From Candidatus Schekmanbacteria bacterium (GTDB lineage Bacteria > SZUA-182), in contig JACRJN010000131.1 of NCBI GenBank assembly GCA_016235675.1, positions 1,779 to 65,778 of the forward strand: DNA of 64,000 nucleotides, given 5' to 3'. A program made the position numbers and the translations under genes. The notes below the pieces were generated by a model. The model searched no databases. It was not told the origin of the DNA and saw only the letters and a program-made list of their open reading frames with translations. Numbering within the stretch: position 1 is the stretch's first letter; every line of letters starts with the position of its first letter. Below, one piece after another: positions 48,329 to 57,288 of this stretch.

Positions 48329-50094
48329 GCACTGATTATTACCAGGGGGCGGACGGTGATAAGGCTTACGACAGCTATCTGATGAAGCGGCTGTTGACCT
48401 ATTTGCGCTCCTATAAATTACTGGTGGCCTCCGCTTTGGGCTTGCTGTTGCTGGTTTCCGTCCTGGGACTTTCCGGGCCGTATCTTATCAAGATCGCTAT
48501 CGACCGGCATATCCACAATAAAGATATGGCGGGGCTGACCGTTATCGCCGCGGTCTATTTTCTGGTAATGTTTCTGGAATTTATCCTGCGTTACTGGCAA
48601 ATCTATCTGATGCAGCTTACCGGCCAGAAGGTCATGTTTGATTTGCGCCGGCAACTTTTCTCCCATCTTGCGCGGATGCAGGTCGGATTCTTCACCGAGC
48701 AGACCATCGGAGGCTTAATCAGCCGCCTGATCAGCGACATCGAGGTTTTAAACGAAATGTTTTCCGCAGGCTTAGTCGCGGTATTCGGGGATATTGCCAT
48801 GCTGCTGGGGATCATGTTTATGCTGCTGTATATGAACTGGAGGCTGGCCTTGGTGGTCTTTACCGTGATTCCTTTGATATTTTACGTCACTTACCTGTTT
48901 CGCCAAAAGGTACGGGTGTCCTTTCGCGCCATCCGTCAGCATACCGCCCGCATCAGCGCCTTTATGCAGGAAAACCTCACCGGCATGTCGATTATTCAGG
49001 TTTTCAACCGCCAGGAAAAGAATTTTAAGCAATTCGACCGCCTGAATAACGACTACCTGGAGGCTTACAAGCAAACCATCTTCTATTACGCCATGTTCTT
49101 TCCGGTGGTCGAATTCCTGGGCGCGCTTTCCATCGCCCTGATGCTTTGGTACGGCGGGATGCAGGTAATCCAAAAGCTGATCACCTTCGGGGTGCTGGTG
49201 GCTTTCATCGAATATAATCAGCGCTTCTTCCGCCCGATCGATGACTTGATGGAAAAGTACAATATCTTTCAATCCGCCATGGCCGCAGCGGAACGCATTT
49301 TCAAACTTCTGGATACCCCGGCAACCATCCGCGACGCGCCTAATTCCACCCCCTGGCCGGGATTACGACAGGAGATAAGCTTTCAAAATCTCTCCTTTGC
49401 CTATAACGGGGAGGATTTTATTTTGAAGGACATTAATCTGCGGATAAAAAAGGGAGAAAAATTAGCGGTTGTCGGTCTCACCGGTTCGGGAAAAACCACT
49501 TTGGTCGGGCTTTTGCACCGTTTTTATGAGGCACAATCCGGCCGGGTGCTTTTGGATGGAATCGACATCCGGAATATCTCTCTCCATGATTTACGCCAAC
49601 ACACCGCCGTCATTTTGCAGGAGCCTTTTATTTTTTCCGGCAGCGTTTGTGATAATATCCGCTTAGGGCGCACCGATATACCGATGGACAAAATAATCTG
49701 GGCGGCGCATCAGGCCAACGCCCATGACTTTATTCAGCAGTTTGCCGACGGGTACCGGCATGAGTTGAAAGAACGGGGAGCCGATTTATCCGCCGGACAA
49801 AAACAATTGCTCACCTTTGCCCGCGCCTTAGTCTTCGATCCGCAGATATTGATCCTCGACGAAGCCACCTCCAATATCGACTCTCAGACCGAGGGCTTGA
49901 TCCAGGATGCCCTGGATAAGATTTTGCAGGATCGCACCTGCATCGTAATCGCCCACCGCCTGGCCACCATCCAGAAAATGGAACGCATTATCGTAATGGA
50001 CAAGGGACAAATCAAGGAAGAAGGCAATCATCAGCAGTTATTGCAGCAGAACGGGCTATACGCCAAATTGTACCGCTTGCAGTTTACGGTTTGA
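48325..50094 (+). CDS. ABC exporter fused permease/ATPase subunit (heterodimer partner)
   Basis: Same architecture (GLTGSGKTT, LSAGQKQL). Overlaps the upstream gene by 4 nt. Confidence 0.9.
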   Translation: MSTDYYQGADGDKAYDSYLMKRLLTYLRSYKLLVASALGLLLLVSVLGLSGPYLIKIAIDRHIHNKDMAGLTVIAAVYFLVMFLEFILRYWQIYLMQLTGQKVMFDLRRQLFSHLARMQVGFFTEQTIGGLISRLISDIEVLNEMFSAGLVAVFGDIAMLLGIMFMLLYMNWRLALVVFTVIPLIFYVTYLFRQKVRVSFRAIRQHTARISAFMQENLTGMSIIQVFNRQEKNFKQFDRLNNDYLEAYKQTIFYYAMFFPVVEFLGALSIALMLWYGGMQVIQKLITFGVLVAFIEYNQRFFRPIDDLMEKYNIFQSAMAAAERIFKLLDTPATIRDAPNSTPWPGLRQEISFQNLSFAYNGEDFILKDINLRIKKGEKLAVVGLTGSGKTTLVGLLHRFYEAQSGRVLLDGIDIRNISLHDLRQHTAVILQEPFIFSGSVCDNIRLGRTDIPMDKIIWAAHQANAHDFIQQFADGYRHELKERGADLSAGQKQLLTFARALVFDPQILILDEATSNIDSQTEGLIQDALDKILQDRTCIVIAHRLATIQKMERIIVMDKGQIKEEGNHQQLLQQNGLYAKLYRLQFTV

Positions 50095-50096
50095 TT

Positions 50097-50303
50097 TTGT
50101 CATTGCGAGCGACCGGAGGGAGCGAAGCAATCTCGGCGTCCGTTGCCATAACGAGATTGCTTCGCTCCGCTCGCAATGACTATCGGTTAGATATTTCGGC
50201 GTGTCCCCACGCCGAAATTATCAAGGGGTAACGTTCCCCCTTTACGGTTTCGGTGTGAGGACACACCGAAATATCAAATCACAGGCTGAAAGCCTGTGCT
50301 ACC
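50097..50303. repeat. E + O + D mosaic downstream of the ABC exporter
   Basis: GTCATTGCGAGCG...CGCTCGCAATGAC, then GATATTTCGGCGTGTCCCCACGCCGAAAT / ACGGTTTCGGTGTGAGGACACACCGAAATATC, then CACAGGCTGAAAGCCTGTGCTACC. Confidence 0.8.
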
Positions 50304-50433
50304 GGAAAGAAATTTCGGCATAACAATCTATTTCGGGAATAATTCCCTTGGTAATTTTATCTTTATATTTAAAACAACATGTTGTTGACACCTCGGTCAC
50401 TTATGGTTAGTATAGTAATAGGAGGCTAATATT

Positions 50434-51297
50434 GTGAGTCCGGCAGGGAAAACGAATAACATCCAATTGCGCAGCCTATTGCTGATTCTGATATTCTTTA
50501 CCTTTGTCAGCCTGTTGATTCATGACAGTAAGGATATTGGGATGTTCTGGCATTTGTATATAATTCCTCTATATATCGCGGCGGTCTCTTACGGTTTGGC
50601 GGGAGGATTAATAGTAGGAATCTTAAGCACATGCAGCGTTGTGGGCTGGCTCTATGCCTTACAAATGTTCACGCCCCAGCAAGCGGAAAAGTTATGGGAA
50701 ATCGGTATCGGCATGGCTTTGTTTATCGGGACGGGTATAACCTTGGGACATTCATCCGGTAAGCAAAAGGCGCAAAAGGACATGCTGGAGGGGCTTTCCA
50801 TCCGTGACCGCTTGACCGGTTTATTCAATTACGGTTATTTTCTGGATCATCTGGAAAAAGAGCGCAAGCGTGCTCAGCGTTATCAGAATCCCCTATCCGT
50901 TATTATGATCGATGTGGATTTTTTCAAGCGCTTCAACGATACCTTCGGCCATGAAAAGGGCAATGAGGTTTTAAAGCGGGTGGCTAAGGTATTGGTGGAA
51001 AACACCCGCAATGTGGATACGGTAGCGCGCTACGGAGGAGAAGAATTTGTCGTCACCCTGCCTAATGCCACTGCGGAACAAGCTCAAACCGTGGCGGAAA
51101 GAATCCGCGAAGCCGTAGCCTGCGAAACCTTCGAAGGAAATGATCAGCAACCTATCGTCAACGTCACCATCAGCGGCGGTATCGCCGGCTATCCCACTCA
51201 GGCCGAACAGATCGATAAACTGATCTATAAGGCCGATCAAGCCCTCTATTCGTCCAAAGAGAATGGCCGCAACCAAATCCGTATTTTTTCGGAATAA
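50434..51297 (+). CDS. membrane-anchored diguanylate cyclase (GGDEF)
   Basis: Four N-terminal TM helices, a GGEEF active-site motif and an RxxD I-site-like residue. GTG start after an AGGAGG RBS. Confidence 0.85.
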   Translation: MSPAGKTNNIQLRSLLLILIFFTFVSLLIHDSKDIGMFWHLYIIPLYIAAVSYGLAGGLIVGILSTCSVVGWLYALQMFTPQQAEKLWEIGIGMALFIGTGITLGHSSGKQKAQKDMLEGLSIRDRLTGLFNYGYFLDHLEKERKRAQRYQNPLSVIMIDVDFFKRFNDTFGHEKGNEVLKRVAKVLVENTRNVDTVARYGGEEFVVTLPNATAEQAQTVAERIREAVACETFEGNDQQPIVNVTISGGIAGYPTQAEQIDKLIYKADQALYSSKENGRNQIRIFSE

Positions 51298-51375
51298 ACC
51301 AACCAACATATTCCAATTGACAATGCCGACGGTAAAGATTATATTTTATAATATTTGGCTAATGTTGTTTTTTTA

Positions 51376-51684
51376 CCACGAAGGCCACAAAGCACACGAA
51401 GAAAAAATTTCGAGAGTGTTCACCTAAAGATAGATATTTATATATTTAAAAACGTAGTCCCGTGGCTTTAGCCGCGTATTTTCAGCCCCTTAGGGCTGCA
51501 AAAAAAGGTGTGTTCGTATGGAACGCGCCGAAAGTATTGAGAGTCATAATTGCAGGGCTAACGCCCTGAAGTTCAGCCCTGAAGGGCTGGGACTACGATA
51601 TTACTGGGACTACGATATTATATTGATGTTTTGGCCAATCCCCAGGCCGAAAAATTTCTTCGTGCTCTTCGTGTGCTTCGTGGT
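51376..51684. repeat. composite: family-F outer arms enclosing several family-B REP units
   Basis: F arms at 51376..51403 and 51657..51684. B-type half sites at 51453..51498 and 51553..51598. Confidence 0.8.
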
Positions 51685-51707
51685 TGGTAATTTCATCTGG
51701 GAGCGAC

Positions 51708-52928
51708 ATGCCTGTTTTCGTTTACAAAGCCTGTGACAGTACCGGGAAAATTATTACCGGCACCATGGAAGTAAAGGATCGGACGGCGGTGACAGCCGGT
51801 CTGCAAGCCTCTAATTACTACCCGTTGCAGATCGATGAACAGCAAAAAGATCAGGGCATATCCGCAACCGCCGGTTTAACTTTAAGCTTTCAGCGGGTAA
51901 AGAAAAGAGATATATTAACCTTTACCAACCAATTGGGAATCCTCATGGAAGCCGGATTGCCGCTGGATCGCAGCTTAGCCATCCTCAAAGACCTGACGGA
52001 TAATAAAAAATTCGCCAGGATTATCGATAACATCCTGCGCAGCATCGAAGGCGGCAGTTCGCTGGCCGACGCCTTGGCGCGTCATCCCCGCGTTTTTTCC
52101 CGCCTCTATGTCAACATGATTAAGGCGGGCGAAACCGGCGGCGTGCTGGAATTGGTCATCAAGCGCCTGAGCGAATTTCTCGGCAACTCCCAGGCATTGC
52201 AGGATGATATTATATCGGCTATGATCTACCCGACTCTTTTGACCCTGGTGGCGGCAAGCGCGGTGGCCACTTTGTTGCTCTTCGTCGTCCCCAAATTTGC
52301 CGCCATGTTCAGCGATATGGGGCAGGCTTTGCCCCTGTCCACCCAAATTTTACTGGGCGTTACCGATATTTTGATTAATTATTGGTGGGCGATTTTAGGC
52401 AGCCTGGTGTTGCTGATTATCGCTTCCCGTTATTTTATCGGAACCGAGTCCGGTAAATATACCTGGGACGGCTGGAAGCTCAAGATTCCTTTATTGGGCG
52501 CACTGATTCAGCAAATCGAAGCCGCCCGTTTTACCCGCACCTTAGGCACATTGATTAAAAGCGGAGTCCCGATCCTGCAAGGGCTGAATATAGTAAAGGA
52601 CATCATCAGCAACAGCGTCATCTCCGCCGCGATGTATAAAGTCAGCAACGGCTTGAAGGAAGGCGGCGGAATAACCACCCCTTTGATGGAAAGCCACGTC
52701 TTCCCCCCCCTGGTAACGCACATGACCGCCATCGGAGAAGAAACCGGGCAATTAGACACTATGCTGATCAAAGTGGCCGATAGTTACGACGAAGAAATAC
52801 GCAACAGTATCAAAAGATTAATATCCTTTATCGAACCGGCGATGATTTTATTGATGGGCATCGTGGTCGGATTTATCGTGGTAGCCATGTTGATGGCGAT
52901 TTTCAGCGTCAATCAGATGCCGTTTTAA
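51708..52928 (+). CDS. type II secretion / type IV pilus platform protein GspF/PilC family
   Basis: About 406 aa with duplicated T2SSF domains and three TM segments. The start is moved to MPVFVYKA, because the ORF-table start lies inside a REP element. Confidence 0.85.
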   Translation: MPVFVYKACDSTGKIITGTMEVKDRTAVTAGLQASNYYPLQIDEQQKDQGISATAGLTLSFQRVKKRDILTFTNQLGILMEAGLPLDRSLAILKDLTDNKKFARIIDNILRSIEGGSSLADALARHPRVFSRLYVNMIKAGETGGVLELVIKRLSEFLGNSQALQDDIISAMIYPTLLTLVAASAVATLLLFVVPKFAAMFSDMGQALPLSTQILLGVTDILINYWWAILGSLVLLIIASRYFIGTESGKYTWDGWKLKIPLLGALIQQIEAARFTRTLGTLIKSGVPILQGLNIVKDIISNSVISAAMYKVSNGLKEGGGITTPLMESHVFPPLVTHMTAIGEETGQLDTMLIKVADSYDEEIRNSIKRLISFIEPAMILLMGIVVGFIVVAMLMAIFSVNQMPF

Positions 52929-53005
52929 AAAATCGTTGACGGTTGACGATTGTCGGTTATTATTTTTTTAACTGACAACTGACAACCGTCAACAGAAATA
53001 TTACC

Positions 53006-53530
53006 ATGAACCTCTTATTACATATTTGCTGCGCTCCCTGCACGGTCTATCCGCATCAGCAATTAACCCAGGCCGGGGTTCAGATTAAGGGATTCTTCTT
53101 CAATCCCAATATTCATCCCCTTCAGGAATTTAAAAAACGGCTGCTGGCGGTGCAGCAGTTGCAAACAATCACCGGGCTACCGGTAATCTATCGGGATGAA
53201 TATGGTTTGGAAGAATTTGTGCGCCAGGTGGTTTTTCGGGAGCAACAGCGCTGTAGCTTTTGCTACTTTTGGCGCCTGGAGATGGTGGCTAAAACCGCCA
53301 AGGAACAAAATTGCGCGGCATTTTCCAGCACCCTGCTTTACAGCAAGTATCAAAAGCATGAATTGATCAAAGAAATCGCTGAAGATATAGCTCAAAAGGA
53401 AAAGATTCCCTTCTATTATGAAGATTTCCGCCGCGGCTTTTCGGAAGGCATAAATCTATCCAGGCAAATGCAGCTTTACCGCCAGCCCTATTGCGGCTGC
53501 ATTTACAGCGAGGCGGAAAGGTATAAATAG
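53006..53530 (+). CDS. queH: epoxyqueuosine reductase QueH
   Basis: 174 aa with the HICCAPC N-terminal motif and C-terminal cysteines typical of DUF208/QueH. Confidence 0.85.
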   Translation: MNLLLHICCAPCTVYPHQQLTQAGVQIKGFFFNPNIHPLQEFKKRLLAVQQLQTITGLPVIYRDEYGLEEFVRQVVFREQQRCSFCYFWRLEMVAKTAKEQNCAAFSSTLLYSKYQKHELIKEIAEDIAQKEKIPFYYEDFRRGFSEGINLSRQMQLYRQPYCGCIYSEAERYK

Positions 53531-53550
53531 GTTTCGGTATCCGATATTAT

Positions 53551-53973
53551 CACCACGAAGAACACGAAGGGCACGAAGAATGGTATGAATAGGATAAAGG
53601 TAAAGAGTGAAGGTAAGGGACTTAGAAGATATTGACATACCCCCCACCCTAACCCTCCCCCGCAAGGGGCATAGGCGCTAACTTAGGCATTTAAAGTTCC
53701 CTCTCCCCCTGGGAGAGGGTTAGGGTGAGGGTACCATAATTTAATTTTTTAAGCTTTTGTACCATCATCCCGACCTTCTCCCAAGGGGAGAAGGAGCCTA
53801 AGTTAGCGCTTATGCCCGCAAGGGGGGAGGGAATTTATCCCCCTCCCCCCTTGATGGGGGAGGGTCGGGGTGGGGGTGATTATCGCGATCCTGAAACGGT
53901 ATGTTTGAAAATTTCAAGTCCCTAAACACCCTTTTCCCTTTTTCCCTTCGTGGCCTTCGTGCTCTTCGTGGTG
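53551..53973. repeat. composite: family-F outer arms enclosing a G/C-rich nested palindrome (element L, 53636..53880)
   Basis: CCCTCCCCCGCAAGGGGCATAGGCGCTAACTTAGGC ... GCCTAAGTTAGCGCTTATGCCCGCAAGGGGGGAGGG long inverted repeat with inner CCCTCTCCCCCTGGGAGAGGG and CTTCTCCCAAGGGGAGAAGG hairpins. Confidence 0.75.
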
Positions 53974-53997
53974 AATCAAAAAATTGGAATCAGCAAC

Positions 53998-55320
53998 ATG
54001 ACCACTAAAATAATCGATGCGGTCTGCGCCGCCGGGGTAGTCGGAGCGGGCGGAGCCGGATTTCCCGCTCATATCAAGCTGCAAGCCAAAGTCGATCTGA
54101 TCATCGCCAACGGCTGCGAATGCGAACCGCTGCTTTGTACCGATCAATATCTTATGGAAAATCAGGCCGATGCGGTGATAAAGGGATTATCCCTTGCCCT
54201 TCAGACCACCGGAGCGGATAAAGGTATCATCGCCCTGAAGGGAAAATACTCCGCTTCATACCAAGCGTTACAAAAAGCGGCTAAAGGTATCAAGGCAATA
54301 GAATTCAGCTTATTGCCCAATTATTATCCCATGGGGGATGAACAAATCCTGACCTGGCAGGTTTCGGGACGCCTGGTGCCCCTGGGCGGGATTCCCACCC
54401 AGGCCGGGGTTTTAGTGCAAAACGTGACCACACTGTCCCAAATAGCCGCAGCTATTGACGGGCTGCCGGTCACTCATCGAATGGTTGCCGTTTTGGGAGA
54501 AGTCGCCGAACCTAAGGTATTGAAAGTCCCTGTCGGTACCCCGGTTTCCCAGGTCATCGCATGGACGGGCGGCTTTCTGCGTGAGGACGTCGCGATCATT
54601 ACCGGCGGCCCGATGATGGGGCAATTGACGGTCGATCCCGACACCCCGATAACCAAAACCACCAATGCCTTGCTGGTATTGCCTAAAGAACACCATTTAA
54701 TCCTCAACAAAAGAAAAAACCTGCTGCATATGCAGCGCCACAGCCAATCCTACTGCCACGCCTGCTCAGGCTGTCAGATATTGTGCCCGCGCCAGGGTTT
54801 GGGACATCCCATCAGGCCGCAGCGTTCCATGCGTTCTGCCGGTTACCCCTTTACCACCCTCCCCTCCCCTTTACACAATATAACAGCATGCAGCCAATGC
54901 GGAGTTTGCGGATTTTATGCTTGCCCTATGGGATTAAATCCGGCTATAATACATAAAGACTTGCAAAAATATCCAAAAGATCATAAAATAATGATTATTC
55001 CCACATCACGCTCACAAAATCGATCGCTCCCCTTGGGAATTCCCACTGTCCGCCTCATTCAACGTCTGGGGCTGGGACGCTATAACCAACATCCGGCGCT
55101 GGATAACAACCGTTATCAGCCACAGTGGGTCAGATTGCCTTTAAAACAGCATGTAGGCGATGCTTCAATTCCGGTGGTGTCGGAAGGCGCCAAAGTTAAA
55201 GCCGGGGATTTACTGGCAAAGATTCCCGCCGGTAAATTAGGGGCCAGACTACATGCTTCGATAAATGGCAAGGTTAAGAAGATTACGGAGCGGGAAATAA
55301 TTATAACAATGGACAATTGA
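53998..55320 (+). CDS. RnfC/PduS-family SLBB-domain Fe-S oxidoreductase
   Basis: GAGGAGFPAHIKL nucleotide-binding motif, two 4Fe-4S ferredoxin motifs (CHACSGCQILCP; CSQCGVCGFYACP) and a C-terminal barrel-sandwich-like tail. The start is moved to MTTKII, outside the REP element. Confidence 0.55.
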   Translation: MTTKIIDAVCAAGVVGAGGAGFPAHIKLQAKVDLIIANGCECEPLLCTDQYLMENQADAVIKGLSLALQTTGADKGIIALKGKYSASYQALQKAAKGIKAIEFSLLPNYYPMGDEQILTWQVSGRLVPLGGIPTQAGVLVQNVTTLSQIAAAIDGLPVTHRMVAVLGEVAEPKVLKVPVGTPVSQVIAWTGGFLREDVAIITGGPMMGQLTVDPDTPITKTTNALLVLPKEHHLILNKRKNLLHMQRHSQSYCHACSGCQILCPRQGLGHPIRPQRSMRSAGYPFTTLPSPLHNITACSQCGVCGFYACPMGLNPAIIHKDLQKYPKDHKIMIIPTSRSQNRSLPLGIPTVRLIQRLGLGRYNQHPALDNNRYQPQWVRLPLKQHVGDASIPVVSEGAKVKAGDLLAKIPAGKLGARLHASINGKVKKITEREIIITMDN

Positions 55321-55399
55321 CAATGGACAATTGACAGTTTTTCGTTATCCATTATCCACTATCCACTATCCACTATCCATTGAATTAACAACAATATTT

Positions 55400-57136
55400 A
55401 TGTCCATAAACAAACCTAAAAATTGGGATTTTTACCCCCCGAATCCCGAATTGCAAAAGAAACTCCAATCGGAATTAGGGATAAAATCCCGATTGGCCGA
55501 TCTGATGATCAACCGCGGCATCGAAACCGTCGCCGACGCCGGGATTTTTTTATGGGGGACTTTAGCGGAATTACACAGCCCATTTATCATGAAAGGGATG
55601 ACCACCGCCGCCGGAATCATTCTTAACGCCGTCCGGCAAAAAGATAAAATCTGTGTTTACGGGGATTACGACGTCGATGGATTAACCGGTGTGGCTTTGC
55701 TGTTCAAAACCCTGAGTTCGCTCCAGGCCGACGTGATCTTTTACATCCCCCACCGGCTGGAAGAAGGTTACAGCCTGAATTGTCAGGCGCTGGACGAGAT
55801 CAAAAACGCCTCCGTCAATTTAATCGTAACCGTGGACTGCGGCATCACCTCCTGCAACGAAGTCAATTACGCCAATAAATTGGGGATGCAGGTAATTATC
55901 AGCGACCATCATCAATTGGGAAATAATCTGCCTGCCGCCGCGGCCATTCTCAATCCCTTACAACCCGGATGTCCCTATCCTTTTAAAAAACTGTCCGGCG
56001 TAGGTATTGCCTTGAAATTAGCGCAGGCCATATTGGCGCAATCCGGTTTAATCCGCGAGGCGGCTGATCTTTTAAATAATGATTTGGACCTGGTAGCCCT
56101 GGGAACAATAGCCGATATGGTACCTTTAATGGGGGAAAACAGGATTTTAGTAAAATATGGTCTTAAACAATTGACAAATTCCTCCAAATCAGGTATAAAA
56201 GCATTAAAGCAGGTTACAGGTCTGGCTATTGACCAGGAAGTTAGCGTAGTAGACGTAGCATATAAGCTAGCCCCCCGGTTAAATGCCACCGGCAGAATGA
56301 GCGACCCTCAGCAGGGGTTGGAACTGCTGGTATCCAATAACGACACTGAAAGCGCTAATCTGGCTAAGCAAATAGAAGAAAACAATGTTCAGCGCAAAGC
56401 TATCGAAGGGATAATCCTGGAACAAGCCAGGACGCAATTGCAGCAAGCTATCGAGAACAACGCTCCGCCAAAAGCGATTATTTTAGCGGCCGAGGGCTGG
56501 CATATCGGCGTAATCGGAATCGTCGCCTCCCGCATAGTGGAAGAGTATTTCCGCCCGACGATCATTATCGGGCTTACATCGGGTGTCGGCAAAGGTTCAG
56601 GCCGAAGTATCCGTAACTTGCACCTGCAGCAAGTTTTATTGAAATGTCAGGATTTACTGCTGGAGTTCGGCGGCCATGAAATGGCGGCGGGCTTGAGTAT
56701 TCTGGAAGAAAATATACCCCGGTTCAAAGAGCGCATCAATCAACTGGTGGAAGATTCTTTACAGGAAAACGACTTTATACCCAGCTATAATCTGGACGGC
56801 GTGGTGGAATTAAAAGAGCTGACCTTGTCGTTTTGGCAGGAAATACAATTAATGGAGCCGTTCGGCATAGGCAATCCGGCGCCGTTATATTGTGCACGCC
56901 ATTTAGAAATAATGCCGCCGCTGCGCTTAGTGGGCAATAACCATTTAAAATTGAAGCTCAGGCAAAACGACCTGACTATGGAAGCCATCGGTTTTAATAT
57001 GGGAGATTGGCTCTCATTTTTAAATACTCCGGGCAATAAATCGATAGATGTGATTTTCCGCCCCCAGTTGAATGTCTGGCAAGGCAAAGAGCAATTGCAA
57101 TTGTCCCTGCAGGACATAGTGCAGACCAGGGATTAA
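55400..57136 (+). CDS. recJ: single-stranded-DNA-specific exonuclease RecJ
   Basis: DHH motifs (YGDYDVDG, DHH) and a DHHA1 domain. The start is moved to MSINKPK. Confidence 0.9.
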   Translation: MSINKPKNWDFYPPNPELQKKLQSELGIKSRLADLMINRGIETVADAGIFLWGTLAELHSPFIMKGMTTAAGIILNAVRQKDKICVYGDYDVDGLTGVALLFKTLSSLQADVIFYIPHRLEEGYSLNCQALDEIKNASVNLIVTVDCGITSCNEVNYANKLGMQVIISDHHQLGNNLPAAAAILNPLQPGCPYPFKKLSGVGIALKLAQAILAQSGLIREAADLLNNDLDLVALGTIADMVPLMGENRILVKYGLKQLTNSSKSGIKALKQVTGLAIDQEVSVVDVAYKLAPRLNATGRMSDPQQGLELLVSNNDTESANLAKQIEENNVQRKAIEGIILEQARTQLQQAIENNAPPKAIILAAEGWHIGVIGIVASRIVEEYFRPTIIIGLTSGVGKGSGRSIRNLHLQQVLLKCQDLLLEFGGHEMAAGLSILEENIPRFKERINQLVEDSLQENDFIPSYNLDGVVELKELTLSFWQEIQLMEPFGIGNPAPLYCARHLEIMPPLRLVGNNHLKLKLRQNDLTMEAIGFNMGDWLSFLNTPGNKSIDVIFRPQLNVWQGKEQLQLSLQDIVQTRD

Positions 57137-57138
57137 GG

Positions 57139-57260
57139 TTCACTTAAGACGTAGCGCAGGGCTTTAGCCCTGCTTATGGCGGCTTTGGTAGGCACTCCGG
57201 AGCAGACCTAAAGGTCTGCTCTACGTTAAGTGAACAGTCTGCGCTACGTTAAGTGAACAG
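57139..57260. repeat. family-A REP element with duplicated GTTAAGTGAACAG arm
   Basis: GTTCACTTAAGACGTAGCGCAGGGCTTTAGCCCTGC...GCAGACCTAAAGGTCTGCTCTACGTTAAGTGAACAG. Confidence 0.8.
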
Positions 57261-57288
57261 TATTGGGATTAAGGAGGGGTTTGGGGGA

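Noticed and set aside
53998-55320. Calling this gene rnfC of an Rnf ion-translocating complex
   Set aside because: No rnfA, rnfB, rnfD, rnfE or rnfG genes are adjacent, and the domain order differs from canonical RnfC. The call was kept generic (RnfC/PduS family).
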